This document shows positions 1 through 14,550 of a DNA stretch of 64,000 nt, piece by piece; the stretch's first letter is position 1, and every line of letters begins with the position of its first letter. The position numbers and the translations under genes were made by a program. This DNA is from the human T2T-CHM13v2.0 reference genome, Homo sapiens: the NCBI RefSeq assembly GCF_009914755.1, contig NC_060933.1; one strand, 5' to 3'. Under the pieces are notes generated by a model. The model worked only from the letters and a program-made list of their open reading frames with translations. It was not told the DNA's origin and ran no database searches.

Positions 1-154
1 TTTGCCACCATCCATATCCATAATGGCAATCACATAGCTATTATGGTATCAGTTCCATATTCATTCAACAATAATTCATTAAGTTCCCATTATGTCCAAG
101 GATGTTTGAATTAACCAGGACCCTGTCCCTGCTCAAGAAATTCGTAGACTAGTT

Positions 155-447
155 CAGGGGTTGGCAAACTACAGTCTGCAGACAAAATCCAGTCTCTATC
201 TGTTTTAATAGATAAAGTTTTTGTTTATGTGCTATTTACAGCTCCTTTCACTTTACAATGGCAGTCGATGATTGCCATAGAGACCATATATTTTGGAGCA
301 TTTCAGATTTCAGATTTCAGATTTTCAGATTAGGGATCAGCCTGCATAAATAGTTTCAGTTTCTTTGGAAAACCCTGACTAATACAGCCTATGATCCTAA
401 AATATTTACTTTCTACCCCTTTATAGCAAAAGTTTGCTGACCCCTGG
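155..447. mobile_element. MER58-like DNA transposon with a Tigger4/MER46-like fragment (TTTCAGA repeats)
   Basis: CAGGGGTTGGCAAAC...GTTTGCTGACCCCTG terminal inverted repeats. Confidence 0.6.
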
Positions 448-1921
448 TGTAGCTGAAAAGATAGAAAAAGTAAACAGGCAATTCTAATGGAATGTGGTAA
501 GTGCACTTCCAAAAATAAAATCCTAGGAATACTCAGAAGGGGCACCTAACACATAGCAGGAAAGATTCCTGGAAGTGGTACCTATGAGTGGAGCTTGACA
601 CCTGGGTAAGGACTCACTGGATAAAGAAGTATAGAAGTGCCTTCTAGAAAGAAGGACAAGTTTATTTATAGATATATCCCCTTTGTGGGACTGCAATATA
701 ATAAAAGCTTCATGAGGGCAGGCATTTTTTTTTACTGTTTTATTCCTTAAAGTATCCAATCACCTGGAACTATTCCTGGCTCATTGAGGGTGCTCAATAA
801 ATATGCACTGAATGAATTCAAAACATTCAAATGGCTGGAGTACTGGGAAGATGAGTTTGGAAGGAAGAAAGTTATATAATCAAGCCAAACAACAAAGTGA
901 GGCCTCAGAAATCATATGCTAGTTTTTGAACATTGATCAGTATTTACATCACTAATGACAGATTAGTTTGGACTTAGAAAACAGTCCTTATCTGCTGGAT
1001 TCTGGCCTCCAAACCCAGTGATTATTACTTGAGGGATTTTAGAGGTTGAGTTGGGAGGGGATTAATGGAGACTGGGAAATTTATGAATTTTCTCTTTGGA
1101 ATGTACTTTGAGACTAGTGCCCAAATCTATAGAAAGGGGAAAGTTTTTGAAATGACAATTATTTTTAACTCAAGCCTGTATCCACTAATGCATCATCTTT
1201 TTTATTTACTTGGATGCAGTAGCTGTGACTAGGGGGTTTAGAGCCAACAGTTTTAATTAGAATGAAATAATGAAACATTGTCCCTATCTTACCTCATTTG
1301 CCAATGGCTGATTGACAAACCTAAGAAATGTTATGAATAGCATGCTCATGGAGGAAATAACTGGCTAGTTTTAAATATGTCAGTATGAAAATACTACTTT
1401 AAATGAGAGATTTCAATTGTATAGTGAAGGAAAAAATGATTTCTGGCTAAGGCATAAGTAAGCTCTATGTTTTACCCTCATTTGGTCACAATGTAGATTG
1501 GTCTTCAATAACACTTATCAATGATTATTCACAACTAAAATTAATCTTCCAGTTATCCTAGAATATTATTTTTCATTTTTGAATCCCAGGAAGTATTTCA
1601 GGACTCTTGTTATAACCTACCACACTGAACTGCTCCTGACTACCTGCCATGCTTAGCAAAAAGGTCTTCTTTTTCCTAACATAAATTTTAGTATCAAATT
1701 AATTTATACCATGTGTCATGTAACATCTCTTATCAGGGAAATTTTACTTTATAGATTGCAATCTTGGAAGTATATTATTGTGCCCATTATAATCTTTTAA
1801 AGTATCTTTTTAAAAAATCTAGAATTACTGACAAAAAGGTTAAAATTTAGGAACATCTGATTGCTTAAGTCATGGATAAGGAGAGGGGAAATGGTAGCAA
1901 AAATAAATGATTTTGCAATGA

Positions 1922-2244
<323 letters not shown>

Positions 2245-2704
2245 ACAATGAAGACTATTCTGATGGTTTAAAGTCACCAGGTATACTTAGGGATTCCATG
2301 AAGTTTCCACATAGCTACAGCACAATCAATGGAAACTATGACTCTTTTTGTGATAGATCCAAGAATGTTCCTAGTCATTAATGGAACCTAAAAAATGTTC
2401 TCCATAAGAAGGGTAAATATAGAAATTGAAGTGTTTCTAGCTGTCCTAAGATAAAAACAATGACGGTGTATGACCAAAATTTATTTCAAATTTCCAGAGA
2501 ACAGAGTTTAATAGACTATGGGAGAAAATCTCAATATAATGGAATGGAGAAAATATAGGGATAAATCCCCGAATTCTAATCCCAGTCCTGCCATTAAATT
2601 AATTGCAAAAAAAAAAAAAAAAATTCAAGGCTCTGTTACTTACCTATGTAATGAGAAGGCTGGCTCTAAACAATATTCAAAAAAGTTACTCGTTAGGTAG
2701 CTAT

Positions 2705-3600
2705 TGTATTTTCCTCTAATTTGGTCTTGAGGTCTCTCTCAGGAACATGGGTAAAAAATCTTGCCCTACCCTGCCAGGGCTCCAGGGATTTGGTCATGAA
2801 TGTTTATAGTGTGTCTTTCATGGGACACTTCTGTATCAGCAGACAGCCTAATGCCTGGGTGTCCAACCCACGACAGGGTGTTCCTCTCACAGAAAACTTG
2901 TTTATACTGGGAGATGCCTTTGGGGCTCTTGTCTGACCTGTGTCCAGTTTATTCCTACCAAGACAGCCCCTCTCTAGGACAGCCCTGATGGAGAAAGAAG
3001 GTAGAAGGTAGATTTGGGTGTGTTGGTCAGGTGAGACACAGAAGAGGCAACTTAGCAAAACACACGAAATAACAGAAGAGCGTATTACTTACAGATCAGA
3101 GAACAGAGGGAAAGAGCACCAACGGGAAGGGGAGAGCTTTCCAGGATATGCACTCAACCAGCATGTGGGGAGCAAGAGAGAGAGAGGGACCTTTGGTCCA
3201 AAGCCTTTATTGGGGTTCAGGGTGTTACCCAAGCAGGTTTCCCGAGGGGAGTTTTAATTGATGGGTTTAGAACAAGCAGGCAATAGTTCCAAGAGGTCAC
3301 AGGCAACTGAGAGGTGGTTGCTGAGCATATCTGCACAGTTCGTATGAGGTGTGGGGGTCAGTGGGCAAGTCAAGTAAGTTGTATCTAGCTGTCCCCTAAG
3401 GAGGTGGTCACAAAAAGGCATTTGTATAAGCAGATATCTGGATCAGCCACAGTGAGGAAGTTGAAAGAGACAGAGAACTAGAAATTGTTGTCAAGGGTGA
3501 CTAAGTCCTGCTTCTGGGATGAGAAAGTTCAACTTATACTCAAAGTGGATACATTTGAGTATACATGCATATAAAGGCAATATAAAATTATAAGAATTCA
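2705..3600. mobile_element. ERV LTR remnant (MER21/MER34-like)
   Basis: Resembles MER21-group LTR sequence. Subfamily and ends are uncertain. Confidence 0.45.
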
Positions 3601-4103
3601 CTATAGTAGCATCTTTTTAATTTTTGCCATATCTGGCTACTCCCTGACCTATTACTTGTAAGGCAAGAATAATATTTAATAATATCTCTCAATGCATTTA
3701 CAATTCTCAGCAATCATTTTATTGTTCTTCTGAAGCTTTATTACATTAAGGCAAAGACCTGGGACTTATTGTCCTAGGGAAGAAGGCAACCCTGCCTAGA
3801 AAGGTCTAGGCCTTGACCAAAGGTGGGAATGGATTATGAAAAACTGAAAATCCCGGAGGAACCTTTTGTTCTATTTCCTGTTTGGAGTTCTGGAAAACAC
3901 AGTAAAATGGGACATTGTGTGTTTAGACAAATAGAGATTCAAAGATAGCACACGCAAGTCTCTTTTTGCTCTCCTGTTCTGTGAAAGGTTTCTGGAAGTT
4001 TCCATATTCTCATAGTGATGGGCTTGGAAGGCAGCTGAGAGTTGAAGGCCAGTAAGTCTCACCTGAAAACATTATGGCAATGGGTGATCTAGGATCACGT
4101 AAC

Positions 4104-6962
4104 TGTCCTTGGCTGCTTTATTTATAAGGAAATAACATAGATTCAGTAATTTATAAGTAATAGAAATTTATTTCTCACAGTTCTGAATACTGAGAAATTC
4201 AAGATCAAGGCACTGGCCGGTTTAGTGTCTGATGAGGGTTTGCTCTCTGCTCCACAGATGGCACCTTGTTGCTGCATCCTCACATGGCAGAAGGAGCAAA
4301 ACCGCTGCCTTCAACCTTTTTAAGGCTGATCCCATTCACGAGAGCAGAGCCTCTGTGATTTAATCACTTCCCAAAAGGTCCCACTTCTTAATACCATTAC
4401 TTTGGGGGTTAGGTTTCAACATATAAATTGGGGGAAACACCAAAATTCAGACCATAGAGTTCTGCTTCTGGCCGTCCGAAATGTATGTTCTTCTCACATG
4501 CAGAATGTATTCATTCCATCCCAGTAGCTCCCCAGGCCTTAACTTGTTCCAGCACCAATTCAAAAGTCTGAGGTCCAAAGTCTCATTTAAATCAAATATG
4601 ACTGAGACTCAAAGGTGTGACTCATCCTGAGGCAAATTCCCCTTCAGCTGTGAGCCTCTGAAATCAAACAAGTTACATGCTTTGAAAATACAATGGTGGG
4701 ATAGGCACAGGGCAGACATTTCCTTTCCAAAAGGTAGAAGTAGGAAGGAAGAAAAAGATAATAAATCCTGACTAACTGTAAAACCCAACAGGGCAAATAT
4801 TAAGGCTCAAGAATAATCTTCGACTTGACATTTTACCTTCTAAACACTTGGGGGGTGGGGGGTAGTCCTGGCCATGACTTTGCTGGGCAAAACCCATATA
4901 GCATTTCTCACATATTGGAGTCACATGCCTATGGCTCTCCCAGGCTGGAATTGCACACTGGTGGCTCTACCAGTCTGGGGTCTTGGGGGTGGCTCTGCTC
5001 CCACGGTTTCACTGGGCATTGCCATACTGGGGTGGGGGCTGTCTGTGGTGGTCCTGCTCCTGTGATAGTTCTCTGTCTGGGCTCTGAGGCTTTCTGGGGC
5101 ATCCTTTGAAATCTAAGTGGAGGCAGGCATGCCCTCATGACTTGTGCACTCTGCACTTTGGTAGAGATAGCACTGCACAGACACCACCAAGATTTACTAT
5201 ATTGCCTTCCAGAGAGTGGCCCAAACTGCACATGGGCCTGCGTGAACCATACCTGGGGCAGGTGAGGAGCATTGCAGCAGAATGCAGGAAGTGGAGATTT
5301 GAGGCCACCTGGCGTCAAGGTCCTACCGGTTTCCAAGCTTCCTCTTTTGATACAGATATGTTGCCCCCAGCCTTGGCAGTCTGTGCCTATGATAGGAAGG
5401 ACAGCACAAATAAACACTGAAAGGCCTTTGGTGTCATTCTTTCATTATCTTGATAAATAGCACCTGATTTCTGCCTCACCGTACTAATCTCCTTATCAAA
5501 CGGTTACTTAGCCACACCCTTGGTGTTCTCTCTTGAACACAGCTTTCCACTCTATACAATATGACCAGGCTGAGAATTTTCCAAATCTTTAAGTTCTGCT
5601 TCCACATTTTATTATAAGTAGTCAAAATCCTCAACATTTTGCTTAGAGATTTCTTCTAGAACATGAACATGATTTGGCCAAGTTCTTTTGCCCCTTTGTA
5701 ACAGAGATCATCTAGTCCTCAGTTGCCAATAACGTGTCCTTCATTTTTGTCTGAGACTTCATCAGAATGGCCTTTACCATCTGTATTTCTGTATTATCAA
5801 CATTTTGATCACAACCACTTAGGTAATCTCTAAGAAGATGGAGGCTATTTCTACAGCTTCTTCAACCTCACCTTCTTCTGAACCCTCACCTGAGTTGCCC
5901 CTAAGGCTCCTTTCATGGCAGTGGACCTGTAAACTCTTTCCATCCTTTATTTATTATGCAGTTCCAAAGCTGCTTTCCCATTTTTAGGTTTTGTTATTAA
6001 CACACCCTATCTCTCTGTGCCTATTTCTGTCTTTGTTGGTCTCTGCTGCTATAATGAAATGCCTTAGACGGGGTAATTTACGATAGAAATGTATTTCTCA
6101 CAGTTCTGGAGCCTGGGAGGTCTAAGATCAAGGAACTAGCAGATATGGTCTCTGGTAAGGGCTACTCTCGGCTCCATAGATAGCATCTTGTTTCTGCATC
6201 CTCACATGGTGAAGGCGGCAAGGCACCTCCCTTCAACCTCTTTTTTATTTTTATTTTTTTATTTACTTTTTTTTTGTTTGAAACTTTAATGAGAAAAAAC
6301 ATATACTATCGAGCTCAAGAATATGGTGTGTTTGGTGTGCCATTGGGCCAAGGGTTGGGGATACATGTAGCAGAATTAGGAAACAGGATATACATCAACA
6401 AAAATTCACACGATCATGAGAAGGAAAACTGGCACTTGGCACAATCAACTCTCAGTTTCCTCATCATTCAGCAGCATATTGGGAACCCTGCGACTGAGGC
6501 AGAACACACGTCTAGACTCTGGGCACTGCAGGGTGCCCTCCAACACATCCACCTCCAGCAGCACATGGTACATCTTCCTCAGAAACTGTTCATCCTCCTC
6601 ATATCCCTCAACTGGCCCTTTAGGCACCCCAGTCAGGTGCAAGGTATGTATCAGCTGCCTCCAGGAGCACTGGTCACTCCTAGGGTATCATACTGTGCCA
6701 CTAAGTGAGGGTTGAACTCCAGAGGGCAGATGCAGACCTCAGTGGCCTGGAGGTGCAGGGGGAAGCCACAGGGCCCCACCCCCACACATGCAAGCTCAGC
6801 AGATTGTCTTCAACCTCTTTCATAAGGGCACTGATCCCAATGAGGGCTTTGCCCATATGGCTTAATCACTTCCAAAAAGGCCCCACCTCTTAATGTCATC
6901 ACCTTGGGGATTAGGTTTTTAAACATACAAATTTTGGGGGCATTAATATTAAGATCATAGTA
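4104..6962 (-). mobile_element. Two-LTR MaLR provirus (MSTD/MLT1A-like): LTR 4104-4458, internal 4459-6027, LTR 6028-6962 split by the TRMT112 retrocopy
   Basis: Two homologous LTRs (TTTCTCACAGTTCTG...AAGATCAAGG...CATCCTCACATGG...TAATCACTTCC) flank a ~1.55 kb MaLR internal region. Confidence 0.8.
6244..6807 (-). pseudogene. TRMT112 processed pseudogene, 5'-truncated, inserted into a MaLR LTR
   Basis: Intronless HNLLSLHV...VPKGPVEGYEEDEQFLRKMYHVLLEVDVLEGTLQCPES...PNMLLNDEETES. Poly(A) appears as a T-tract at 6241-6275. 13-bp TSD CTTCAACCTCTTT at 6231-6243 and 6808-6820. Confidence 0.93.
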
Positions 6963-7199
6963 ATGGGCATATGTGATGTACAAGCCTATCCCTCACATTT
7001 GTGGGACCTACAGCAAGAGCAAAAAATGAAAACCTACATACAATATTATAAATATTTAAAATGAAAATCCAGGCACAGTGACTTATGTCTCTAATCCCAG
7101 TTACTTGGGAGGCTGAGGCAGAAGGATTGCTTGAAGCCAGGAGTTTGAGACCAGACTGGGCAACATAGTAAGACCCTATCTCTAAAACTTTTTTTTCTT

Positions 7200-8198
7200 A
7201 ACAAAAGAAAAAGGTTTAATTGGACTCACAATTCTACATGGCTGGGAGGCCTCACAATCATGATGGAAGGCAAGGGGAGCAAGTCACATCTTACATGGAT
7301 GGCGGCAGGCTAAGAGAGCTTGTGCAGGGAAACTCCCCCTTATAATACGGTCAGACCTCGTGAGACTTATTTACTATCATGAGAACAGCATGGGAAAGAC
7401 CTGCCTCCATAATTCAATCATCTCCCATCAGGTCCCTCCCACACACATGGGAATTATGGGAGCTACAAGATGATATTTGGTTGAGTACACAGAGCCAAAC
7501 TATATCATTCTGCCCCTGGTCCCTCCCAAATCTTTTATCTTCACATTTCAAAACCAATCATGCCTTCCCAACAATCCCCCAAAGGCTCAACTCATTTCAG
7601 CATTAACCCAAAAGTCCAAGTCCAAAGTCTCATCTGAGACAAGGCAAGTCCCTTCTGCCTACAAACCTGTAAAATCAAAAGCAAGCTAGTTATTTCCTAG
7701 ATACAATGGGGGTACAGGCATTGGGTAAATATAGCTATTCCAAATGGGAGAAATTGGCCAAAACAAAGGTGCTACAGGCCCCATGAAAGTCCAAAATCCA
7801 GCAGGGTAGTCAAATCTTAAAGTTCCAAAATGATCTCCTTTGACTCCATGTCTTACGTCTGGGTCACACTGATGCAAGAGGTGGGTTCCCATGGTCTTGG
7901 GCAGCACTGCCGCTATAGCTTTGCAGGGTACAGCCTCCCTCATGGCTGCTTTCACAGGCAGTTGTGGAGTGTCCTGAGTCTTTTCCAGGCCTACAGTGCA
8001 GGCTGTCAGTGGATCTACCACTCTGGGATGTGGAGGACGGTGGCCCTCTTCTCACAGCTCCACTAGCCAGTGCCCCAGTAGGGACTCTGTGTGGGGGCTT
8101 TGACCCCACATTTCCCTTCCACATTGCCCTAGCAGAGGTTCTCCATGAGGGCCCCACCTCTGCAGATTTGGGTGGGGACACAGAACCAAACCATATCA
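7200..8198 (-). mobile_element. THE1 LTR + partial THE1-internal + short LTR end (preceded by an Alu monomer at ~7070-7185)
   Basis: THE1 consensus AAAGGTTTAATTGGACTCACA...CAAACTATATCA followed by THE1-int sequence. Confidence 0.85.
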
Positions 8199-9368
8199 TT
8201 GGGCAAGTCCTATAGGCTGAGAGAAATAGTTAAATAAAGGCCATTTAGAGAAGAGTCAGTTGACCTTAATATCAGAGGGCTCTCAGAAAGATATCTTGGT
8301 AAATACTCTTACACCTTTCCCCTTGACTCATAGCAGGACCACTCTAGGCCGGTCAACAGAAAGAATTGATCCTTTTCCCTGTGTGCTGTTTTACCAGAAA
8401 CTTTACCCTGCTCAGAGCAGGGACACAGATGGGGATATTTTCCAAGCAAATCTCCAGTTTCCCACTTGACTGCTATGTGAGGAACCCCTGTTAAGAGAGG
8501 ATCTGACCACTGAGCATGACTGGCAGTCTGAAGAGGAGTCTGCAGAGGGACCCCATTCCTCACTAAAACCTGAGCATCCCACCCGAAGCCAGTGGCTCAC
8601 TCCAGTTCTTCCCCACTCTTCCTGTGCCACTCCACACTCAGTTCAAATATTGGCCAGCCACGATGGCTCATACCTGTAATCCCAACACTTCGGGAGGCTG
8701 AAGCTGGCAGATTGCTTGAGCCCAGGAGTTTGAGACCAGCCTGGGTAACGTGGCGAAACCCCATCTAGTTCAAAGTGGCTGGGGAGGCTTCACAATTACG
8801 GCGGAAGGCAAGGAGGAGCAAGTCAAGTCATATCTTACGTGGACGGCAGTAGTCAAAACAGCCAAAATTTTTTAAAAAAATATAGCTAGTCAGATGACGT
8901 ACGCTTTTAGTCAGGAATACCATCAGAGGAGGGGTACTGTGAGTTTACTAGCAGACCAAATGAGAACTGTTACTGCTGTCAACTTCTGTGACAACAAAAT
9001 GAACAAAAAAGAAAGGTAAACTTTGTGGTGTCAGCACTGTAGTAAGCAGAAAATCTGTAAGGCTCCTAAGAACATCCTGGTTGCTGGCAGCCATTTCTTT
9101 AAGACTTTATATAGTGTTAAAAACTAAGAAAGCCCTAACCGAAATAATACTACCCACTTAGATACTGCAGCAGTCAAAATTTTTCAGTCCTTGTGGACTT
9201 CTTGTATTCTGGTAACCTTGTACTCACAAGCCAAAATAATGACAGTGGCCTATCTTCAAACAAGTGAAATTTCAAACTTGCTGAAATTTTATTACAGATG
9301 CCTAAATTTATTAAAGATTAAATATAAGCATTAAATCAGAAGTTCCATGGGTCTGCAGTTGTGGACTA

Positions 9369-9685
<317 letters not shown>

Positions 9686-10347
9686 TCAGTTAATAGAGAT
9701 GGTCTGTCTTCATCATTGGATCAAAAAATTGCCAATTTTTGGGCAACATTAAATCTTACCAATTTGGCAAGTAATATAAAAACTGAAAATGATGGCTGTA
9801 ATGTCAACAAGGGCCAAACAGAAAACTACCAAGTGAGTGACAATAGTTGGGTCCAGAATGCATCTCCTGAAATGGCTGAAAACAAATCCAAAGGTCAAAC
9901 AAGTGTTTGCTTGGAATAATATGGGCTCCCAGGGAATTCAAGAAACTGGGAAACACGGAGGAAAAACCAAACTACAAGGAGATTTATTTATAATACATCA
10001 TCTAATAATGAAACAAATTTGGAAGATTACTCAATGATGCAGCCATCTATTGCCTTTTCAGAGGAAAATACGCTACTCATATTTGAGTAGAAATCTTGGA
10101 AGAACCAGATTTGGATGTTGCTCTACTTTCAGGGCCAGATGATGATAAGAATGTATTGGCTGAAGCTGGGTCTAATCAAGATGGAGGTGATGTTAGAACT
10201 TCACATGATTTTATAATAAGTATGGTTTGATGCCTGGCACTTCAAGTGACTTCAAGTATGAATTGATACCAGATACTTTGATTTCAAATATGGATTATTG
10301 CCAGAATCTTGGCCAAAACAAGAAACTTGGGAAAATGGTGAATCATT

Positions 10348-10769
10348 CATGTTAGGTTGTTCTTGTGTTGCTATAAAGAAATACCTGAGACTGGGTAATT
10401 TATAAAGAAAAGAGATTTAATTGGATCATGGTCCTGCAGGCTTTACAGAAGCATAATGCTTGCATCTACTTGGCTTCTGGGGAGGCCTCAGGAAGTTTAC
10501 AATCATGGCAGCAGGTGAACAGCGAGGAGGCATCTCACATGGCGAGAGAGGAGGCAAGAAAGAGTGTGAGGATGGGGAGGAGGTGCCACACACTTTTAAA
10601 CAGTCATATCTCTTGAGAACTCACTCACTATCATACTCTCATGAGGACAGTACCAAGCCATGAGGGTCCACCCCCATGACCCAAACAACTCCCACCAGGC
10701 CTCACCTCCAACACTAGGGATTACATTTCAGCATGAAATTTGGGCACAACAAATATCCAAACCATATCA
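10348..10769 (-). mobile_element. MST-family solo LTR inserted in the ZBTB10 retrocopy
   Basis: MST consensus ends. 5-bp TSD TCATT/TCATC. Splits the GESS/SLIMN codons. Confidence 0.88.
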
Positions 10770-12406
10770 TCATCTCTAATCATGAATAAGTTAAAATGCC
10801 ATCATTGTAGCTATGCAGCCAAATGCAAACAAACACTAAAAAAGCACTTGCTTATTCATACAGGAGTGAGATCATTTAGCTGTGACTTTTTACACTTGGA
10901 GAAAACATGTAAGAAAACATTTCTTGGTGCACAAGAAGGATAAAAATGCAAATGTATGGTATGTAAGATCATGTTAGCAGCCAGTGTTGGAGTAAGACAT
11001 GGATCTTGACCCTATGGTTTTTGTGTAGACTGTTCCAATAAATCACAACCAGGAAGGCCAGCAAGTGTAGATGAGAGACAGGATACAGAATCCCTCATGA
11101 TAAAGACTATGAGGAGAATGAAGTAGGAGAAGCTGATGAAAAGTGGGTGGATGATGGAGATCAGAATGATCCATCTCAATGAGATGAATTAGCAGATGTT
11201 TGTATGTCTCTAGATATTTAACTGACCCACTATATTCCTCAAGGATACTGCATTTGGACATAATACAAATTGGCAGTTTGGAATGTTGAACTTAAAGTCT
11301 TGCAAAATGTGGTACATGCTAGATGGTAGTTATGTTGCTATGAGGACTATATGATCAAAGCCTTATAGCAAAAAAAATTTTTTAATATTTGCAAAGGACT
11401 GTACAGCAAACAACCATGTGGTTGAATTACATGCAGTCCTCATATATTCAGTTGGTTATCAAACTAAAGTATTTTTTATTTATGGGATGTACAGTAACTA
11501 TTGGGTCTTACGGAAATATAGTACCTGTCCTTATAGAGCTCACATTCATGTGCTACTCTAACATGACTGAAGAAATTCATTATGGAAGTACAGTGATAGT
11601 TGACCCAATCACTCAGTTTATCAAACTCCCCAGGCTAGCCTGTACTAGTAGAGTTGTGTTTCTATTTTTATTTTTTACTTTTATTAATTTTATTTTTAAT
11701 ACAGATTTTCAGTAAGGGGCATTTTCAACCTAATTGGTTCTATTTTCTTGTATTTTCCATTTTAATTTGCTTCATAACTTAAACCAAGGCTCTTCCAGTC
11801 TTAGTTATTATGTCTCAGTTATGTGCCAATGGGCATGTTTTTAAGAACTGAAGAGGTAATTTATTGCAATGAACTAACTGACCTCCTCCATTCCTTCTTT
11901 CCTTTTTGACATGAATTTTACTACCCCACAAATGAAAAATGATGTTGCAAAGTTACTGTGGTGAAGTTGAAAAATATCACTAAAATGATTATAATTTAGT
12001 ATTAATTTTCTCCTGCTGCTCTAATCTGATAAATTCTTACTATATAGTGTTTTCTGACATGGTATTTGGTTTTATATCTGTTACTTTGGTGCTATTCTTG
12101 TTTGCCTTTTCTTATTTTTGCCAGTGTACTATACCTCAGTCCTATTTAGAAGACCTGATGGAAAGAAAAGTCATGTAAATAATAAGTAAAATGATTTGTT
12201 TTATGATTTATTCACCATGTCCAGTTTGGTTAGCTTGTTATGCAGTATAAGTGAAATATCAGGTTTTTACCCTATGCTCTTTTTAATCATTAAAATTAAT
12301 ACAAAATGTGTGTGTGGCAGCTGGGGGAGACATTCCGCCATGAAAATTGAGAGAAGGTCCTGGTAAAGAGATTTGCTTCTTTATTTTCTAGGAATATCTA
12401 GTCTTC
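10398..12406 (-). other. BAAT: BAAT 3' UTR (long form) with several candidate poly(A) signals
   Basis: Minus-strand AATAAA at 12212-12207 and 11865-11860. ATTAAA at 10421-10416 lies in an MST LTR. The ~2 kb UTR length is recalled, not shown by the sequence. Confidence 0.6.
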
Positions 12407-12994
12407 TTAGAGTTGACTGGTCACATCTGGAATGAGGTGCTTCCTGAGAAATCTCTGGATCTCCTTCCAAGCATGTTCCTGTGCAGCTGCGTGTGGGATC
12501 ACCTCTCCTCCCCAGTGTAACCTCAAATCGTGGGTCGTTGAGGCACAGCACAGAGGAGAATAGGGAGGTTCTATCAGGTGGCCTGCCCCAGGGTAAGATA
12601 GCAGGGTCCAGTTGTTCTTCCCATGTCTCTTCAGCTGTCCTATGGCTTGTTCAGCGTGTGCTTTGCTGTTGATAGTCTTATCACCTTCTCCTACAATGAA
12701 GAGGAATTGCCCCTGGGCCTCTTCAATAGGAAACAAATATTGACTGGCCCCAACTTGAGTTGTCTCAAAAGTGCGATAGAGCTCTAGTAACCCCAAGGCA
12801 TTGGTGGATATTAATTGTGCAGAATGGGGAAGGGGCTGATGGATCTGACCATGATATACCTGTGGAATGCCAAAAGGAAAGTTGGTCCCATTAATAAGTA
12901 CCGTGGCTGTGACTTGCTTTAGGTAAATAGCCATAGATAGTCCAATCTGTACTCCTTGACATACAGAGACTACCCCAACGCCTGAGCCAAAGAC
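12407..12994 (-). CDS. BAAT: BAAT last coding exon (588 nt): alpha/beta-hydrolase catalytic part
   Basis: Acceptor TTTTTCAG|GTC. Contains SVCQG (Cys235 codon 12961-12959), GEGD and GAGH motifs, and ends ...VTSQL* (PTS1-like). 466+203+588=1257 nt = 418 aa + stop. Confidence 0.98.
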   Translation of the reverse strand, partial: VFGSGVGVVSVCQGVQIGLSMAIYLKQVTATVLINGTNFPFGIPQVYHGQIHQPLPHSAQLISTNALGLLELYRTFETTQVGASQYLFPIEEAQGQFLFIVGEGDKTINSKAHAEQAIGQLKRHGKNNWTLLSYPGAGHLIEPPYSPLCCASTTHDLRLHWGGEVIPHAAAQEHAWKEIQRFLRKHLIPDVTSQL

Positions 12995-13794
12995 CTGAAA
13001 AAAATAATAGAAATGAGAAATTATTCTAGCCTTCATTTAGGAAAACTCCACAATCTCAAACAACCAAAGAACTTCACTGGCTAATGAGAACAAAGCAAGT
13101 ATTAATCCTACCCACATCCCTAGCTATAGAGTTCTGGAATATATAATATGTATTCAAAAGAAATACTCCAAAAATATGTCAAGCTTTACCGACTATATAT
13201 TACGGATTCAGTATTGTGTTAGGTTCTGAGTTTAAAATGCCCTAAAGAAATGCAAATGTCGCAGGGAAAGTAAGAAATGGCACATGACTATTGTGAATAA
13301 TGTGGGTCAGGGTATAGATGATTGGTACACTTTCCTCCCTTCAGAGGAAAGGGCACCTTGTAGGAAGAGACTGAGAAAGAAAGTGAGATCAGTAGGATAG
13401 AGTTGAACAGAGGATTCTAGATTTGCTTTGTTTTTTCCAAAAGTTTTCTCATTGTGGAGAAAAATGTCATAAAGGAGGCTTGGCTCAGCTTCCTCCCTCA
13501 TTGTCAGTCATCAAATAAGCATCCTTAAATTATCTATCCTACGGCAAGCACTGGGAGTCACAGAGAGAAAAGGAACAATCTCTTGTCATTAAGGAACTCA
13601 CTGCCAGATGAAGACACAGGAGGAAAAAAAAAAACACAACAGATGATTGGAGCATCATAAATTCTATGATATGAGAATGTATGTAGGCTAGACTGCCAAC
13701 CCAGATTAGCAGGGAATAAAGGCAGGATCAAAGAAAGGCTCTCAGAGGAAATGGGCTACAAAACAAATGAGTCTTCGTATTAAAAAATGAAAGC

Positions 13795-14000
13795 CAAGCC
13801 TGGTTAACATAGTGAGACCCTATCTCTACAAAACTAAAAAATTAGTTGAATATGGCGGTGTGTGCCTGTAGGCCCAGCTACTCAGGTTGAGGTGGAAGGA
13901 TCACTTGAGCCCAGGAGTTCAAGGCTTTAGTGAGCTATGATTGTGCTATTGTACCCCAGCCTGGGCAATAGAGTGAGACCCTGTCTCAAGAAATAAAAAT
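13795..14000 (+). mobile_element. Partial AluJ
   Basis: Right-arm Alu sequence with AluJ features. Confidence 0.8.
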
Positions 14001-14044
14001 TACAAGAAAGTCAACAAGAAGGAATGGTATTCTATGCTGAGTAT

Positions 14045-14550
14045 AGCAGACTCTGTTAGTTGCCTACACAGGAGCCATTCTCCACAATTTCAAAGCTAAT
14101 ATGACCTTGATTTTGTGTGGCATAGCAATATATCCAGCCCCAAGGGATAAATTCTGATGGATCCTAATCTATTTCCCTTTCTCAGCCTCTCTTCCAAGGC
14201 CAACATATTCTACCTAAGGACTTTTTTTGCCCCCCGTGCAAACTGACACAGAATCATGAAGAGAAAGCCTATGTTTATGATCATTCTTTTCAGACTAGGA
14301 TGCTGGCCTGTTGACTTAATTCCTGAAACTGCCAGAGTCATTTTGTGACCTTCAGAGTAAGGCTAGAAAATTGCAGAAATGTCAATCTAATCTCCTTGAT
14401 TGAAAACTACACTGAGTTTCTAAGCCAAAGTTTGAACCACCTATCACCAAACCTGTTATGTAAGAGAATAAGATACCTTATGCTGATGTTTAAGCCACCA
14501 TCAGCCACTTTTCTGAGAAATGTAGCCAAAACATTCCTAATGTATTCACC
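14045..14550. mobile_element. Old MLT1-type LTR
   Basis: Degenerate MLT1-like sequence ending ACATTCCTAA. Confidence 0.5.

Noticed and set aside
3871-4075. Minus-strand CAG|GTGAGA donor-like site and short ORF, possibly an exon of a neighbouring acyltransferase pseudogene
   Set aside because: No recognisable protein similarity or partner exon in the window.
4825-8630. Cluster of 60-160 aa ORFs on both strands
   Set aside because: Most lie in MaLR/THE1 sequence or antisense to the TRMT112 retrocopy; apart from the TRMT112 remnant itself none shows a coding signature.
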